This document shows, piece by piece, positions 1 through 9,515 of a DNA stretch of 64,000 nt. Within the stretch, counting starts at the first letter, position 1. Every line of letters starts with the position of its first letter. This DNA is from Intrasporangiaceae bacterium. Lineage in GTDB: Bacteria; Actinomycetota; Actinomycetes; Actinomycetales; Dermatophilaceae. The notes beneath the pieces are model-generated. The model ran no database searches and was not told the DNA's origin. It worked only from the letters and a program-made list of their open reading frames with translations. The stretch is from assembly GCA_021324575.1 (NCBI GenBank), contig JAJPIW010000006.1, positions 5-64,004 on the forward strand, given 5' to 3'. Position numbers and translations under genes: made by a program.

Positions 1-12
1 CTAGCAGAGGTT
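1..12. repeat. Right-end fragment of an approximately 80-bp palindromic intergenic repeat (copy C, cut by the window edge)
   Basis: CTAGCAGAGGTT at 1-12 matches the right arm TTAGCAGAGGTT of the copy at 15673-15752. The following bases are also similar (AGGTCAAGAGG vs GCGTCGAAGGG). Confidence 0.45.
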
Positions 13-101
13 AGGTCAAGAGGCCGGTCCGACGCCGAGTGACACGACGACGCCGACACCCCCGGGGGGAGTGTCGGCGTCGGACGTGTGCGGTGTCGGG
101 C

Positions 102-584
102 TCAGGAAGCCAGGACCTCGTCGAGGATGGCCTCGGCCTTGTCCTCGTTGGTCTTCTCGGCGAGCGCGAGCTCGGAGACGAGGATCTGGCGGGCCTTGGC
201 GAGCATGCGCTTCTCGCCCGCCGAGAGGCCACGGTCCTTGTCGCGGCGCCACAGGTCACGGACGACCTCGGCGACCTTGATGACGTCACCGGACGCGAGC
301 TTCTCCAGGTTGGCCTTGTAGCGGCGCGACCAGTTGGTGGGCTCCTCGGTGTACGGGGCGCGCAGCACATCGAAGACCTTCTCCAGGCCTTCCTGGCCGA
401 CGACGTCACGAACGCCGATGTCCTCACAGTTGTCTGCGGGAACCTTGATCGTCAGATCGCCCTGGGCGACCTTCAAGGTGAGATAGAGCTTTTCCTCTCC
501 ACGGACCGTACGTGTCTCGATTTCCTCGATTCGTGCGGCCCCGTGATGCGGGTACACGACCGTCTCGCCGACCTTGAACACCAT
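102..584 (-). CDS. carD: CarD-family RNA polymerase-binding transcriptional regulator
   Basis: 160-aa ORF. The N-terminus [21 protein letters not shown] (TRCF-RID-like) and the helical C-terminal domain are characteristic of actinobacterial CarD. Confidence 0.92.
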   Translation of the reverse strand: MVFKVGETVVYPHHGAARIEEIETRTVRGEEKLYLTLKVAQGDLTIKVPADNCEDIGVRDVVGQEGLEKVFDVLRAPYTEEPTNWSRRYKANLEKLASGDVIKVAEVVRDLWRRDKDRGLSAGEKRMLAKARQILVSELALAEKTNEDKAEAILDEVLAS

Positions 585-772
585 GTGCTGTTATCCCCTT
601 TCGCGACCTACAGGATAACACGCAGGCTCCGCCCCCAACTAATTGTCCACAGGGCATCGACGCAGGTCAGGTGCCCTGTCCGACAACGACATCCGGCCGG
701 CGACCCCTTGACAAAACACCCCTCCCCATGCCTACCCCACGGGGTCGGGACGGTACCGCTAGGCTGTCCGCC

Positions 773-1303
773 GTGACGACTCGATCCGTTCGCGGCCTCG
801 GCGCCGCTGCCCTGCTGGCCGCCTCGCTGGGCCTCTCCGGGTGTGCGACATTCTCTCCGGTCCAGACCACGATCGACTACAACCCGGCCGACGGTGTGCC
901 CGTCGGGCTCGGGGCAGTGAAGATCGAGAACCTTCTCGTCGTGGCACCGGCCAAGGACGGTCCGGGCACCGTCTCGGCGAGCGTGGTCAACCCCACAAGC
1001 AAGGCCGTCGCGATCGCGTTCACCGACGCGACCTCTGGTGCGACCGCGACGTTCGAGGTCCCGGCCTTCACGACCAGCCAGGTGTCCGGGGACAGCAAGC
1101 TCGTCGAGCTGGGCAAGGTCTCCGGGGCTCCCGGCGCGATCATCACGATGGACGTCAGCTCGGCCGTCTCCGGGACCACCCAGGTCGTCGTCCCGGTGCT
1201 CGATGCCCAGCACTACTACCAGACCCTCCAGCCGACCGCCGCTCCGACGCCGGCCGCTCCGGTGCCCACCGCGCCGACGACCACCGCGACGGCCGCCGGC
1301 TGA
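773..1303 (+). CDS. Putative secreted lipoprotein, family not recognised
   Basis: The ORF track gives 671-1303. An in-frame GTG at 773 gives a signal peptide ending in the lipobox LSGC, and the C-terminus is Pro/Thr/Ala-rich. Confidence 0.6.
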   Translation: MTTRSVRGLGAAALLAASLGLSGCATFSPVQTTIDYNPADGVPVGLGAVKIENLLVVAPAKDGPGTVSASVVNPTSKAVAIAFTDATSGATATFEVPAFTTSQVSGDSKLVELGKVSGAPGAIITMDVSSAVSGTTQVVVPVLDAQHYYQTLQPTAAPTPAAPVPTAPTTTATAAG

Positions 1304-1308
1304 TCTCG

Positions 1309-1328
1309 CGGCATACGACCGTATGCCG
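1309..1328. terminator. Inverted pair of the 9-mer motif between convergent genes (possible bidirectional terminator)
   Basis: CGGCATACG-AC-CGTATGCCG is a near-perfect 20-bp palindrome. It lies between the lipoprotein stop (1303) and the regX3 stop (1352). Confidence 0.45.
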
Positions 1329-1351
1329 GGCCAGCTCGCGTCCCGGCCGGC

Positions 1352-2032
1352 CTAGGCCTCGAACTTGTAGCCGAGCCCGCGCACGGTGACGATGTGACGC
1401 GGCATGGCGGGGTCGGGCTCGATCTTGGCGCGCAGCCGCTTGACGTGGACATCGAGGGTCTTTGTGTCGCCGACGTAGTCACTGCCCCAGACCCGGTCGA
1501 TGAGCTGCATCCGGGTGAGGACCCGCCCCACGTTGCGCAGCAGCATCTCGAGCAGCTCGAACTCCTTGAGCGGCAGCGCGGCGCTATGGCCGCCGATCGT
1601 CACGACATGGCGCTCGACGTCCATCCGCACCGGACCGGCCTCCAGGGTCGGCGGCAGCAGGTCCTCGGGTTCGGCGAGCCGGCGGAGCACTGCCTTGATC
1701 CGGGCCAGCAGCTCGCGGGAGGAGTACGGCTTGGTCACGTAGTCGTCGGCGCCGATCTCCAGTCCGACGACCTTGTCGATCTCGCTGTCCTTGGCCGTGA
1801 GCATGATGATCGGTACCGACGAACGCTGTCGCAGCGCACGGCATACGTCGACGCCCGGCAACCCTGGAAGCATGAGGTCGAGGAGCACCAGATCGGCGCC
1901 GTTGGCGTCGAACTCGGTGATCGCGTCGGGACCGGTCTCGGCCACGGCGACGTCGTAGCCCTCCTTGCGCAGGAGGTAGGACAGCGGGTCGGAGAACGAC
2001 TCCTCGTCCTCGACGACCAGGATGCGGGTCAT
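1352..2032 (-). CDS. regX3: OmpR-family response regulator RegX3 (phosphate-limitation response)
   Basis: Only the C-terminal 226 aa of track ORF 1352-3268 are used, starting at MTRILVVEDEESFSDPL (ATG at 2032). The protein is near-colinear with mycobacterial RegX3 (LDLMLPG, DDYVTKPYS, TLDVHVKRLR). It overlaps senX3 by 4 bp. Confidence 0.9.
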   Translation of the reverse strand: MTRILVVEDEESFSDPLSYLLRKEGYDVAVAETGPDAITEFDANGADLVLLDLMLPGLPGVDVCRALRQRSSVPIIMLTAKDSEIDKVVGLEIGADDYVTKPYSSRELLARIKAVLRRLAEPEDLLPPTLEAGPVRMDVERHVVTIGGHSAALPLKEFELLEMLLRNVGRVLTRMQLIDRVWGSDYVGDTKTLDVHVKRLRAKIEPDPAMPRHIVTVRGLGYKFEA

Positions 2033-3210
2033 GGGGTCCCTTCGTGACGGGCCGGTTCGGGCTCGATGATGTCGGGGAGCCGCTGGGCCGAGGGCAGGCT
2101 CATGGTGAACGTCGACCCGTGCCCCGGTTGGCTCCAGACGGCCACGTGGCCGCCGTGGTTCTCGCAGATGTGCTTGACGATGGCCAGCCCCAGCCCGGTG
2201 CCACCGGTGGATCGGGACCGGGCAGCGTCGACCCGGTAGAACCGCTCGAAGACCCGCCCGAGGTCCTCCGCGGGGATGCCGCTGCCCTGGTCGGTCACGG
2301 CGACCTGGACCATGTCCTGGTCGCGACTGACGCGCACCGTCACTCGGGTGTTGACGTCGCTGTAGGTGACGGCGTTGCTCAGCAGGTTGTGGACGGCGGT
2401 CACCAGGAGGTCCTCGTCGCCGTAGACCGAGGCGCCGGGGTCGACGACCGCGACCAGCTCGATCCGGTTGTCCTCGGCGGCCAGCTTGGTCCGGTCCAGG
2501 GCCTCCCCCACGACCCGGCCGATGTCGACCAGGGCGGAGTCGGCCATCGGGTCGACCGTCTGCAGGCGCGACAGGTCGATGATCTCGGTGACCAGCCGGG
2601 CGAGACGGTCGGCCTCGACCCGCATCCGGCCGGCGAACCGGGCGATGGCCTCTGGGTCGTCCTTGGCGTCGAGGACGGCCTCGCTGAGCAGGCTGATACC
2701 GCCGACCGGTGTCTTGAGCTCGTGGCTGACGTTGGCGATGAAGTCGCGCCGGACCTCGTCGACCCGGCGGGCGGCGGTCATGTCCTCGATGAGGAGCAGG
2801 ACGTGGGCCGAGCCGAGCGGAGCCACCCGGGCGCGGACGTAGGTCCGGGCCTGTCCGGCCGGGGCACGGGCCAGGTCGAGCTCGGCCTCCCGGATCACGC
2901 CGTCGCGCCGCACCTGCCGCGCGAGGTGGCGCAGCTCGGCATGGACCAGCTCGTGGCCCCGCACCAGACCGTGGACCACCGCCGCCGGGGAGGTGTTCAC
3001 CACGGCATCGGAGCTGTCCAGGACGATGCCGCTGGAGCGCAGGACGGCGAGGACGTCGGCGACCCCGGCCGGGAGGGCCGGCTCGGCGGTCGGTGGGCCG
3101 GCTCGCTGCTCCCGCTCGGTGAACCGGGCGGCAAGGATCGCGGTGGCCCCAATGGCCACCCCCGCCAGACCACTGAGGGTCGCCGCCGTCGTCACGTCCA
3201 CGATGGTCAA
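2029..3210 (-). CDS. senX3: Sensor histidine kinase SenX3
   Basis: 393 aa with an H-box (FIANVSHELKTPV) and N/G boxes (LSNAVTY, DQGSGI, GGTGLGLAIV). It is translationally coupled to regX3. The start is TTG 3210 or GTG 3201 and is uncertain. Confidence 0.88.
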   Translation of the reverse strand: MTIVDVTTAATLSGLAGVAIGATAILAARFTEREQRAGPPTAEPALPAGVADVLAVLRSSGIVLDSSDAVVNTSPAAVVHGLVRGHELVHAELRHLARQVRRDGVIREAELDLARAPAGQARTYVRARVAPLGSAHVLLLIEDMTAARRVDEVRRDFIANVSHELKTPVGGISLLSEAVLDAKDDPEAIARFAGRMRVEADRLARLVTEIIDLSRLQTVDPMADSALVDIGRVVGEALDRTKLAAEDNRIELVAVVDPGASVYGDEDLLVTAVHNLLSNAVTYSDVNTRVTVRVSRDQDMVQVAVTDQGSGIPAEDLGRVFERFYRVDAARSRSTGGTGLGLAIVKHICENHGGHVAVWSQPGHGSTFTMSLPSAQRLPDIIEPEPARHEGTP

Positions 3211-3275
3211 GGGTACGCAGCGACGACACCTGTTCGGTCACCTCACCGACCCGGCTCGCACGGGACACGCCAGAA

Positions 3276-3308
3276 GTTCACCTTGGCTACGCACACCGTT
3301 CATCACTG
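3276..3308 (+). promoter_or_regulatory. PHO-box-like 11-nt direct repeat units in the senX3/phoU divergent region
   Basis: GTTCACCTTGG-CTACGCACACC-GTTCATCACTG. The two GTTCA units are in phase, 22 nt apart, and end 18 nt upstream of the phoU ATG. Confidence 0.45.
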
Positions 3309-3325
3309 CGTGCCACTCTCACGCC

Positions 3326-4006
3326 ATGCGTGAAGCCTTCCACGAGAACCTGCGGACCATCTCCGACCAGCTCGTCGAGATGACCCGGCTGGCATCCTCG
3401 GCCATGTCCCGGGCGACCACCGCCCTCCTCGACGCCGACGTGCACCTCGCGGAGTCGGTCATCGCCGCCGACAAGCAGATCGACGCGGTCCGCGAGGAGC
3501 TGGACCACCTCGCCGTCGACCTGCTCGCGCGCCAGCAGCCCGTCGCCACCGACCTGCGGATGGTCGTGACCAGCATGCGGATGAGCTCGGACCTGGAGCG
3601 GATGGGTGACCTGGCCCGGCACGTCGCCAAGGTGGCGCGACTGCGCTACCCCGAGTCGGCGGTTCCGCCCGAGCTGCGCGCGACGATCCTGCAGATGGGC
3701 CAGGTGGCAGAGCTGATCGTCAGCAAGGCCGGCTCGGTCATCGCGGCCCGCGACCTGGTCGCCGCCAAGGAGATCGAACGCGACGACGACGCGATGGACG
3801 CGCTGCACCGCGAGCTGTTCGAGCACCTCGTCGACGGCACCTGGCAGCACGGCACGGAGACCGCCGTCGACATCACCCTCCTCGGGCGCTACTACGAGCG
3901 GTATGCCGACCACGCCGTCTCGGTCGCTGCCCGCGTCATCTACCTCGTCACCGGCGAGTGGAACGCGGACATCGACGAGGACACCGCCGACGACCTCCCC
4001 CTCTGA
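3326..4006 (+). CDS. phoU: Phosphate signalling regulator PhoU
   Basis: ATG at 3326 within track ORF 2993-4006. The protein has two PhoU repeats (DLERMGDLARH and YYERYADHAV) and is divergent from senX3-regX3. Confidence 0.9.
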   Translation: MREAFHENLRTISDQLVEMTRLASSAMSRATTALLDADVHLAESVIAADKQIDAVREELDHLAVDLLARQQPVATDLRMVVTSMRMSSDLERMGDLARHVAKVARLRYPESAVPPELRATILQMGQVAELIVSKAGSVIAARDLVAAKEIERDDDAMDALHRELFEHLVDGTWQHGTETAVDITLLGRYYERYADHAVSVAARVIYLVTGEWNADIDEDTADDLPL

Positions 4007-4015
4007 GCAGTCCGT

Positions 4016-4037
4016 GAGCAGTAGCTGAGCAGTAGCT
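4016..4037. repeat. 11-bp tandem duplication just after the phoU stop
   Basis: GAGCAGTAGCT occurs twice in tandem (4016-4026 and 4027-4037). Confidence 0.6.
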
Positions 4038-4088
4038 GCGCGCGCTGAGGCCGGCTCCCGACGGGGCCTGACAACCTAGACTGCCCGG

Positions 4089-6155
4089 GTGGACGAGGCA
4101 GGGGTGCCCAGCTCGTCGGTCATGACCGACCAGCCGCGACCGGCGCGCGACCCGGGCGCCGACCATGACGAGCTCGTCCGGGCCCGGTCGGCCGAGCTGA
4201 CCCGTCTGGCGTACCTCGTGACCGGCGACCGCGAGCGCGCGATCGACCTTGCTGCGACCGCGCTCGCCGGCCTGCGCGACGAGTGGGCGGAGGTCATCGA
4301 GCGTGGCACCCCGCAGGCCGAGGCCCGGGCCGCCGTCGTCCGTCGCCTGCTCCCGGGGCGACGTCGTCAGCAGGACGGCGGAGGCCCGGCGGCCTTCCCG
4401 GCGACCGACCCCGAGGGCGAGTGGATGGGCGAAGGTGAGCATGCGGCATACGGGCTGGAGGCGGACGACGACCTTGATCCGGTCGTGCTCTCGGCGTATT
4501 CCGCGGAGCCGCCCGGTACGCGGGTGGCCCTCGTCCTCGCCGAGGTCGACCTCCTGGACCGGCCGTCCGTTGCCGCCGCGCTCGAGCGCGACCCTCGGGT
4601 CGCCGAGGAGGCCATCGAGGCCGGCCTGGACCGGATCGGCCGCGCGCGGGTGCAGGCTGCCGACGACCGCGATCGGGAGCGACCCGGCGGGGGCATCGAG
4701 ACACACCTCCGGCGCGTCCTGCTCACCCAGAGCAGCCGGGCCGGCCTGCCCGCCGACCTCACCGAGGAGGTGAGCGCATGCCGGGCGCGCACGGTCAGGA
4801 GGCGTCGGCTCCTCACTGCCGGTGCGGGCGGCCTCTGCCTGGCCGCCGTGGGGGCGGTCGGCGGTCCCGCACTCGTCCGCCACCGGGACAGCGCCCCGTT
4901 GACGAGCTCGGGGTCGCGGGGCACCGCGCCCACCGCTACGGCCCCGGTCGACGGCGTCCTCGACACACCCGTGACTCTGTCCTGGGATGCCGTGTGGCGC
5001 TGGCCCGCTCGGGGCTCCATGGTCAACGACGCCGCCGTGCAGGACCTCACGCGACAGAACCGGCAGCGGGTGATCTACGCCGAACGGGTCGGCGGCGATG
5101 TCCTGGTCATCACCGCCCAGCACGACGAGAACGTGACCGACGGCAACGGGCTCACCGACCAGCTCGCCACCTTGATGTCGATCCGGACCATCCAGGGGCG
5201 GAGGACTGCCGAGGACCAGGTCGGCGCGTTCGGGCTGGCCGACACCGGCCCGCTGGCCGTCACGGCCTCGCTGTACGGGCCGGGGCGGCTCGTCGTGCTG
5301 GCCCGTCCCGAGGTCAGGAGCGTCGAGGTGTCGAGCACGGTTCTCTTCAACCCGAACGGGACGAGCGCGAGGGTCGGGTGGCAGCCGCTCCCGCTCGCCG
5401 GCGGGGTCGCCCAGGCGGCGTCGCCCGCGATGGGCTCCTTCGGCATGTCGGTTCGGTATGCCGGTGAGCACCGGGGTGCATACAGCGGCGACTTCGGCTT
5501 CGGCGGAGTCTTCCGGCCGACGGGAGTCACCGCCGCGGAGCGCCGGTGGAACGCTGACCAGATCGTCACCGCCCTGACCAGGCGGGCCCGTGACGTCGCG
5601 TGCACGCTCACCGGCCTGAACCCGGGGCAGGTGTCCGTGACGGTGACCTGCCGCACGACCGTGCCGGCCCGCAGGCTGCCGATCTCGGTTGCGACCGAGC
5701 CGGGCGGTGGCGACCAACAGGCCTACCCGCCCCAGGACACCGAGGTCGCCGTCCTCGTGACCACGTTGCCAGGCGGTGCCCGGCTACGGTCCGTCGCGGT
5801 GTGGCACCCCGCGGTCGGCTCGACCGGCATGCCCTCGGTGAACCTGTGGGAGGAGTCCGCGCCCTATCCGGCAGCGGACATCGAGCGCCGACCCGTCGTC
5901 CTACAGGGCTCGGACGCCACCGGCCAGGTCCTGGGCATCATCGTGCCGGGGGCATCGTCGGTTCGGGTCTCCCGGATGGGACTCGGACCCGGCCAGAAGG
6001 CGATGGTTCCCGTGACCGGACGGCTGGCCCTGTTCTCCGTCGACCGCGTCGACGAGACCTCGACGATCAATGGCTTCGACGCCAAGGGCGCCAAGATCGG
6101 GACCTGGCCGTTCTCCTGGCCCGGCGCCGGGAACCCGTGGGATCTCTACGGCTAG
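4089..6155 (+). CDS. Hypothetical membrane-anchored protein with a sigma-70 region-2-like N-terminus
   Basis: 688-aa ORF. The N-terminal segment LVRARSAELTRLAYLVTGDRERAIDLAATAL resembles ECF sigma region 2. One TM helix (LLTAGAGGLCLAAVGAVGGPALV) is followed by an extracytoplasmic domain of about 430 aa. Confidence 0.65.
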   Translation: MDEAGVPSSSVMTDQPRPARDPGADHDELVRARSAELTRLAYLVTGDRERAIDLAATALAGLRDEWAEVIERGTPQAEARAAVVRRLLPGRRRQQDGGGPAAFPATDPEGEWMGEGEHAAYGLEADDDLDPVVLSAYSAEPPGTRVALVLAEVDLLDRPSVAAALERDPRVAEEAIEAGLDRIGRARVQAADDRDRERPGGGIETHLRRVLLTQSSRAGLPADLTEEVSACRARTVRRRRLLTAGAGGLCLAAVGAVGGPALVRHRDSAPLTSSGSRGTAPTATAPVDGVLDTPVTLSWDAVWRWPARGSMVNDAAVQDLTRQNRQRVIYAERVGGDVLVITAQHDENVTDGNGLTDQLATLMSIRTIQGRRTAEDQVGAFGLADTGPLAVTASLYGPGRLVVLARPEVRSVEVSSTVLFNPNGTSARVGWQPLPLAGGVAQAASPAMGSFGMSVRYAGEHRGAYSGDFGFGGVFRPTGVTAAERRWNADQIVTALTRRARDVACTLTGLNPGQVSVTVTCRTTVPARRLPISVATEPGGGDQQAYPPQDTEVAVLVTTLPGGARLRSVAVWHPAVGSTGMPSVNLWEESAPYPAADIERRPVVLQGSDATGQVLGIIVPGASSVRVSRMGLGPGQKAMVPVTGRLALFSVDRVDETSTINGFDAKGAKIGTWPFSWPGAGNPWDLYG

Positions 6156-6161
6156 AGGGGG

Positions 6162-6896
6162 CTAACGGCCCTGGTTGGCGACCGCCGCGGCGGCTGCCGC
6201 CGCGGCCTCGGGATCGAGGTAGCGCGCCGGCTCGATCGGCATGAAGTCCTCGCCCAGGGTGTAGACCAGCGGCTGGCCGGTCGGGATGTTCAGTGCGGCG
6301 ATGTCCTCGTCGCTGATCCCGTCCAGGTGCTTGACGAGGGCGCGCAGGCTGTTGCCGTGGGCGGTCACGAGCACGGTCTCGCCGGCGGCGAGGTCGGCCT
6401 GGATCGGGCCCTCCCAGTACGGCATCATCCGGGCGATCACGTCCTTGAGGCACTCGGTGAGCGGGACGGGCACATCGGCATACCGGATGTCGCTCGTCTG
6501 GTCGAACTCCGAGCCGGCCTCGATCGGCGGCGGCGGGACGTCGAACGAGCGGCGCCAGAGCATGAACTGCTCCTCGCCGTACTTCTCACGGGTGGCCGCC
6601 TTGTCCAGTCCCTGCAGTGCGCCGTAGTGGCGCTCGTTGAGCCGCCAGTCGCGCCGCACCGGGATCCAGGACCGGTAGGCCACGTCGAGGGCCAGGTTGG
6701 CCGTCGTGATCGCCCGGCGCAGCAGCGAGGTGTGAACGACGGTCGGCAGCACGCCCTCGGCCTTGAGCAGCTCGCCCGCGCGGACGCCTTCCTCGAGTCC
6801 TTGGTCGTTGAGCTCGACGTCGACCCAGCCGGTGAAGAGGTTCTTGGCGTTCCAGTCGGAGTGTCCGTGGCGCAGCAGGATGAGCGTGTATGCCAT
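6162..6896 (-). CDS. gpmA: 2,3-bisphosphoglycerate-dependent phosphoglycerate mutase
   Basis: 244 aa. It has the [10 protein letters not shown] (RHG) motif and ERHYGALQG, and is colinear with GpmA/Gpm1. Confidence 0.95.
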   Translation of the reverse strand: MAYTLILLRHGHSDWNAKNLFTGWVDVELNDQGLEEGVRAGELLKAEGVLPTVVHTSLLRRAITTANLALDVAYRSWIPVRRDWRLNERHYGALQGLDKAATREKYGEEQFMLWRRSFDVPPPPIEAGSEFDQTSDIRYADVPVPLTECLKDVIARMMPYWEGPIQADLAAGETVLVTAHGNSLRALVKHLDGISDEDIAALNIPTGQPLVYTLGEDFMPIEPARYLDPEAAAAAAAAVANQGR

Positions 6897-6915
6897 GGAC
6901 TCACCCTACTGAGAC

Positions 6916-7434
6916 TCACTCGGGACCGGGATCCCCATCTCGCTGCAGGATGGACCGGAACGCCTCGAGGTTGCGCAGGGACTCCCCCCGTGACACCCGC
7001 CAGGCCCATTCCTTGTGCATCGAGGACAGGAAGCCCAGCGCGAGCAGCTCGTTGAACGGCGCATCAGCCGCCTCCAGCACGGCGCCGAGGAGCCGGTCCA
7101 GCTCGTCGTCGTCGACGCCCCCGGCCGGGAGGCGGCCGGTGAGGTAGACGTCGCCGAGCTTGTCCACGGCGTACGCGATGGTCGGCAGTCTCAGGTTGCG
7201 GCGCAGGAGGAACCGGTAGAAGGCTGCCTCGTTCTCGTCCGGTTTGCGGATGACGAAGGCCGAGAGCGACAGTCCCTGCTCCGCCGCGACGAGGGAGCAG
7301 ACCGTCTTGAGCTTCTTGTCGCCCGGAAGCGTGACGACCAGCTCGCCGTCGCGGGCACCGGGCTCCCAGTCGATGCCCGCCTCCTCGAGGAAGGTCCGGA
7401 CGGTCGTGAAGAGCCCGTCGGAGGTGCTGGACAT
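6916..7434 (-). CDS. YbjN-domain protein
   Basis: 172 aa with a YbjN-like profile (FYRFLLRRNLRL, VYLTGRLP). It sits next to gpmA, as in mycobacteria. Confidence 0.7.
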   Translation of the reverse strand: MSSTSDGLFTTVRTFLEEAGIDWEPGARDGELVVTLPGDKKLKTVCSLVAAEQGLSLSAFVIRKPDENEAAFYRFLLRRNLRLPTIAYAVDKLGDVYLTGRLPAGGVDDDELDRLLGAVLEAADAPFNELLALGFLSSMHKEWAWRVSRGESLRNLEAFRSILQRDGDPGPE

Positions 7435-7435
7435 C

Positions 7436-8227
7436 TCAAGAGTCTCCCATCTGGAAGTTCGGCGCGGTCGTCACCGTGAGGACTGCCTCGCTCGACCATA
7501 CGTGCAGGTCGAGCAGCCCGTCGGGCCGCAGGTCGAGAGCCCGGGGAACGGTGCCCGGACCGAGCCCGACGACGACGCGCAGGACGTTGTCGAACAAGGC
7601 CGTCGACGTGCCCGTGACCCACCAGCCCTTGAGCCGCAGGTTGCGGTCGGGCAGCGCGGGCGGCCGCCCGACCGTCGCGGGTCGCGGGTCGAGGTGCAGG
7701 ACCAGCCCGTCGACGCCGGTGACGGTGAAGGTGACCCGGACGCTGTGACCGGTGGCGGTGGCGTCGACGACCAGGGGGCGACCCTGGGCCGGCGGGCTGT
7801 CGTCCCCGTATGCTGTGCCGCGCCAGAGTGCGTGGCCGCTGCGTATCTCCAGCGACGTGATTCGAATGTTCGTCAGGTCGGCGGTGACGTGCTCGCGATG
7901 ACCGGTCACCGACCCGGTGACCGCCGACACGAACGCGCCCCTCGTCGCGGTGTCGAGCATGACGCCGTCGCCGCGCGCGATGCGCAGCCCGCTGGACTGC
8001 ATGGACGCCGTGTAGCTGTCACCGAGGGTGATCTCGCCGCGAGCCACCGGGTCGACCGTGAGCAGCCCAGGCGCGGTCGCGACGAGACCGATGTCCCCCT
8101 TGGTCCAGCGCGGGACCTCGATGGTGAGCAGGAGCGCGAAGGCGGCCAGCACCGTGACGACGAGGGAGACCATGCTCCAACTCACCGTCCCCGTGCTCCG
8201 GTGCCGCCACCACGCCACGGCGGTCAC
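7436..8227 (-). CDS. Hypothetical N-terminally anchored protein
   Basis: 263-aa ORF with a single N-terminal TM helix (MVSLVVTVLAAFALLLTI). It abuts the downstream gene and no family was recognised. Confidence 0.55.
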   Translation of the reverse strand: MTAVAWWRHRSTGTVSWSMVSLVVTVLAAFALLLTIEVPRWTKGDIGLVATAPGLLTVDPVARGEITLGDSYTASMQSSGLRIARGDGVMLDTATRGAFVSAVTGSVTGHREHVTADLTNIRITSLEIRSGHALWRGTAYGDDSPPAQGRPLVVDATATGHSVRVTFTVTGVDGLVLHLDPRPATVGRPPALPDRNLRLKGWWVTGTSTALFDNVLRVVVGLGPGTVPRALDLRPDGLLDLHVWSSEAVLTVTTAPNFQMGDS

Positions 8228-8263
8228 TCTATGTGGGGCGGCCGCTCGGGCTAGAGTCGCGCC

Positions 8264-9058
8264 ATGCCGGGCGCCGGACCCGTGGGCTCGATCACCCGCG
8301 GCACGACCAACCCCAACCGGTTGCGCCGCGTCGACCGGTGGCTCGCCGACGTCCAGGGCTGGCGGCTGCGCCGGTCCCAGACCCCGCCCGTCGTCGTCGA
8401 CCTGGGTTATGGCGCCTCACCGGTCACCGCCGTCGAGCTGCACGACCGCCTCCGCCGGATCCGGGCCGACGTCGAGGTCGTCGGCCTGGAGATCGACCCG
8501 GGGCGGGTGCGCGCAGCCGCCCCCTTGACGCGGCCGGGGCTGAGGTTCGCCCACGGCGGGTTCGAAGTCCCACTGCCCGCCGGTGGACGGGCGACGATGG
8601 TGCGCGCCTTCAACGTTCTGCGTCAGTATCCCGAGGCAGAGGTCGCCGCGGCCTGGGCGACCGTGGTGAGTCGCCTTGCGCCACAAGGGATTCTCGTCGA
8701 CGGAACGTGCGACGAGATCGGCCGGCTGTCGACGTGGGTCGCCGTCGACGCCGACGGGCCGCAGTCCCTCACCCTCTCCTGGCGGCTTCGCGGGCTGGAG
8801 CGACCGAGTGACATCGCCGAGCGGCTCCCCAAGGCGCTCATCCACCGCAACGTGCCCGGAGAGCCGGTCCACGCGGTGCTCGAGCGGCTCGACGACGCGT
8901 GGCGACGCTCCGCGGCATACGCGAGCTACGGTGCCCGACAACGGTTCGTGGCGATGGCGTCAGCGCTGCGCGACGAGGGCGTCGGGGTGATCGGCGGCCC
9001 GAGCCGCTGGCGGCTGGGCGAGCTGACCGTCCAGTGGTCCGACGTCGAACCCAGGTGA
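8264..9058 (+). CDS. Class I SAM-dependent methyltransferase
   Basis: 264 aa with motif I VVVDLGYGASP followed by VVGLEID. Confidence 0.7.
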   Translation: MPGAGPVGSITRGTTNPNRLRRVDRWLADVQGWRLRRSQTPPVVVDLGYGASPVTAVELHDRLRRIRADVEVVGLEIDPGRVRAAAPLTRPGLRFAHGGFEVPLPAGGRATMVRAFNVLRQYPEAEVAAAWATVVSRLAPQGILVDGTCDEIGRLSTWVAVDADGPQSLTLSWRLRGLERPSDIAERLPKALIHRNVPGEPVHAVLERLDDAWRRSAAYASYGARQRFVAMASALRDEGVGVIGGPSRWRLGELTVQWSDVEPR

Positions 9059-9071
9059 GGCCGGCGACGCC

Positions 9072-9437
9072 TCAGCGCCGGTAGTCGTCCTGGAGGCGGA
9101 CGATGTCGGCCTCGTCGAAGGCACCGACGCCGAGCTCGAGGATGCGGACCGGCTCGGTCCCCTCGTTGGCCATCCGATGGGTCGCGCCCACGGGCACCCA
9201 CACCGACTCCCCCGCGGCCACCGAGCGCTTGTCGTCGTCGACGGTCACGGTGAGCGGCCCGTCGAGGACGAACCAGTACTCGGAGCGCTGGGCGTGCGTC
9301 TGGAGCGAGAGCCGGTGGCCGGGCAGGACGGTGACGATCTTGACGGTGACCGGCTTGCCCGACGTGAACTGTCGGAAGTTGCCCCACGGGCGCTCGACGA
9401 CGAAGACCTCTTCGGTGGGGTCCTGGTGGGTGGTCAT
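9072..9437 (-). CDS. Cupin-domain protein (phosphomannose isomerase type II C-terminal-like)
   Basis: 121 aa. The cupin motifs LSLQTHAQRSEYW and VPVGATHR are present. Confidence 0.75.
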   Translation of the reverse strand: MTTHQDPTEEVFVVERPWGNFRQFTSGKPVTVKIVTVLPGHRLSLQTHAQRSEYWFVLDGPLTVTVDDDKRSVAAGESVWVPVGATHRMANEGTEPVRILELGVGAFDEADIVRLQDDYRR

Positions 9438-9515
9438 GGGTGTTTCCTTGCGTCTCGCTTGTGGCGTGGTCCGGCCAATTCTGCCGTATGCCGGGTGGTC
9501 GTCAGTGCGTCCGAC

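Noticed and set aside
1352-3268. 638-aa ORF that appears to extend regX3 far upstream
   Set aside because: The N-terminal 410 aa or so are Arg/Pro/Gly-rich and lie out of frame over senX3, which has clear kinase motifs. Only the last 226 aa (from ATG 2032) match a response regulator.
4016-4037. The 11-bp tandem repeat after phoU as a member of the CTGCTAGCAGAG palindromic repeat family
   Set aside because: It shares only the short GAGCAG/CTGAGC flavour, has no alignment to copy B beyond a few bases, and lacks terminal arms.
3948-5717. 589-aa minus-strand ORF antisense to the 4089-6155 gene
   Set aside because: Its Arg/Gly/Pro-dominated composition is typical of an off-frame reading of high-GC coding DNA. 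The plus-strand ORF has a TM helix and a balanced composition.
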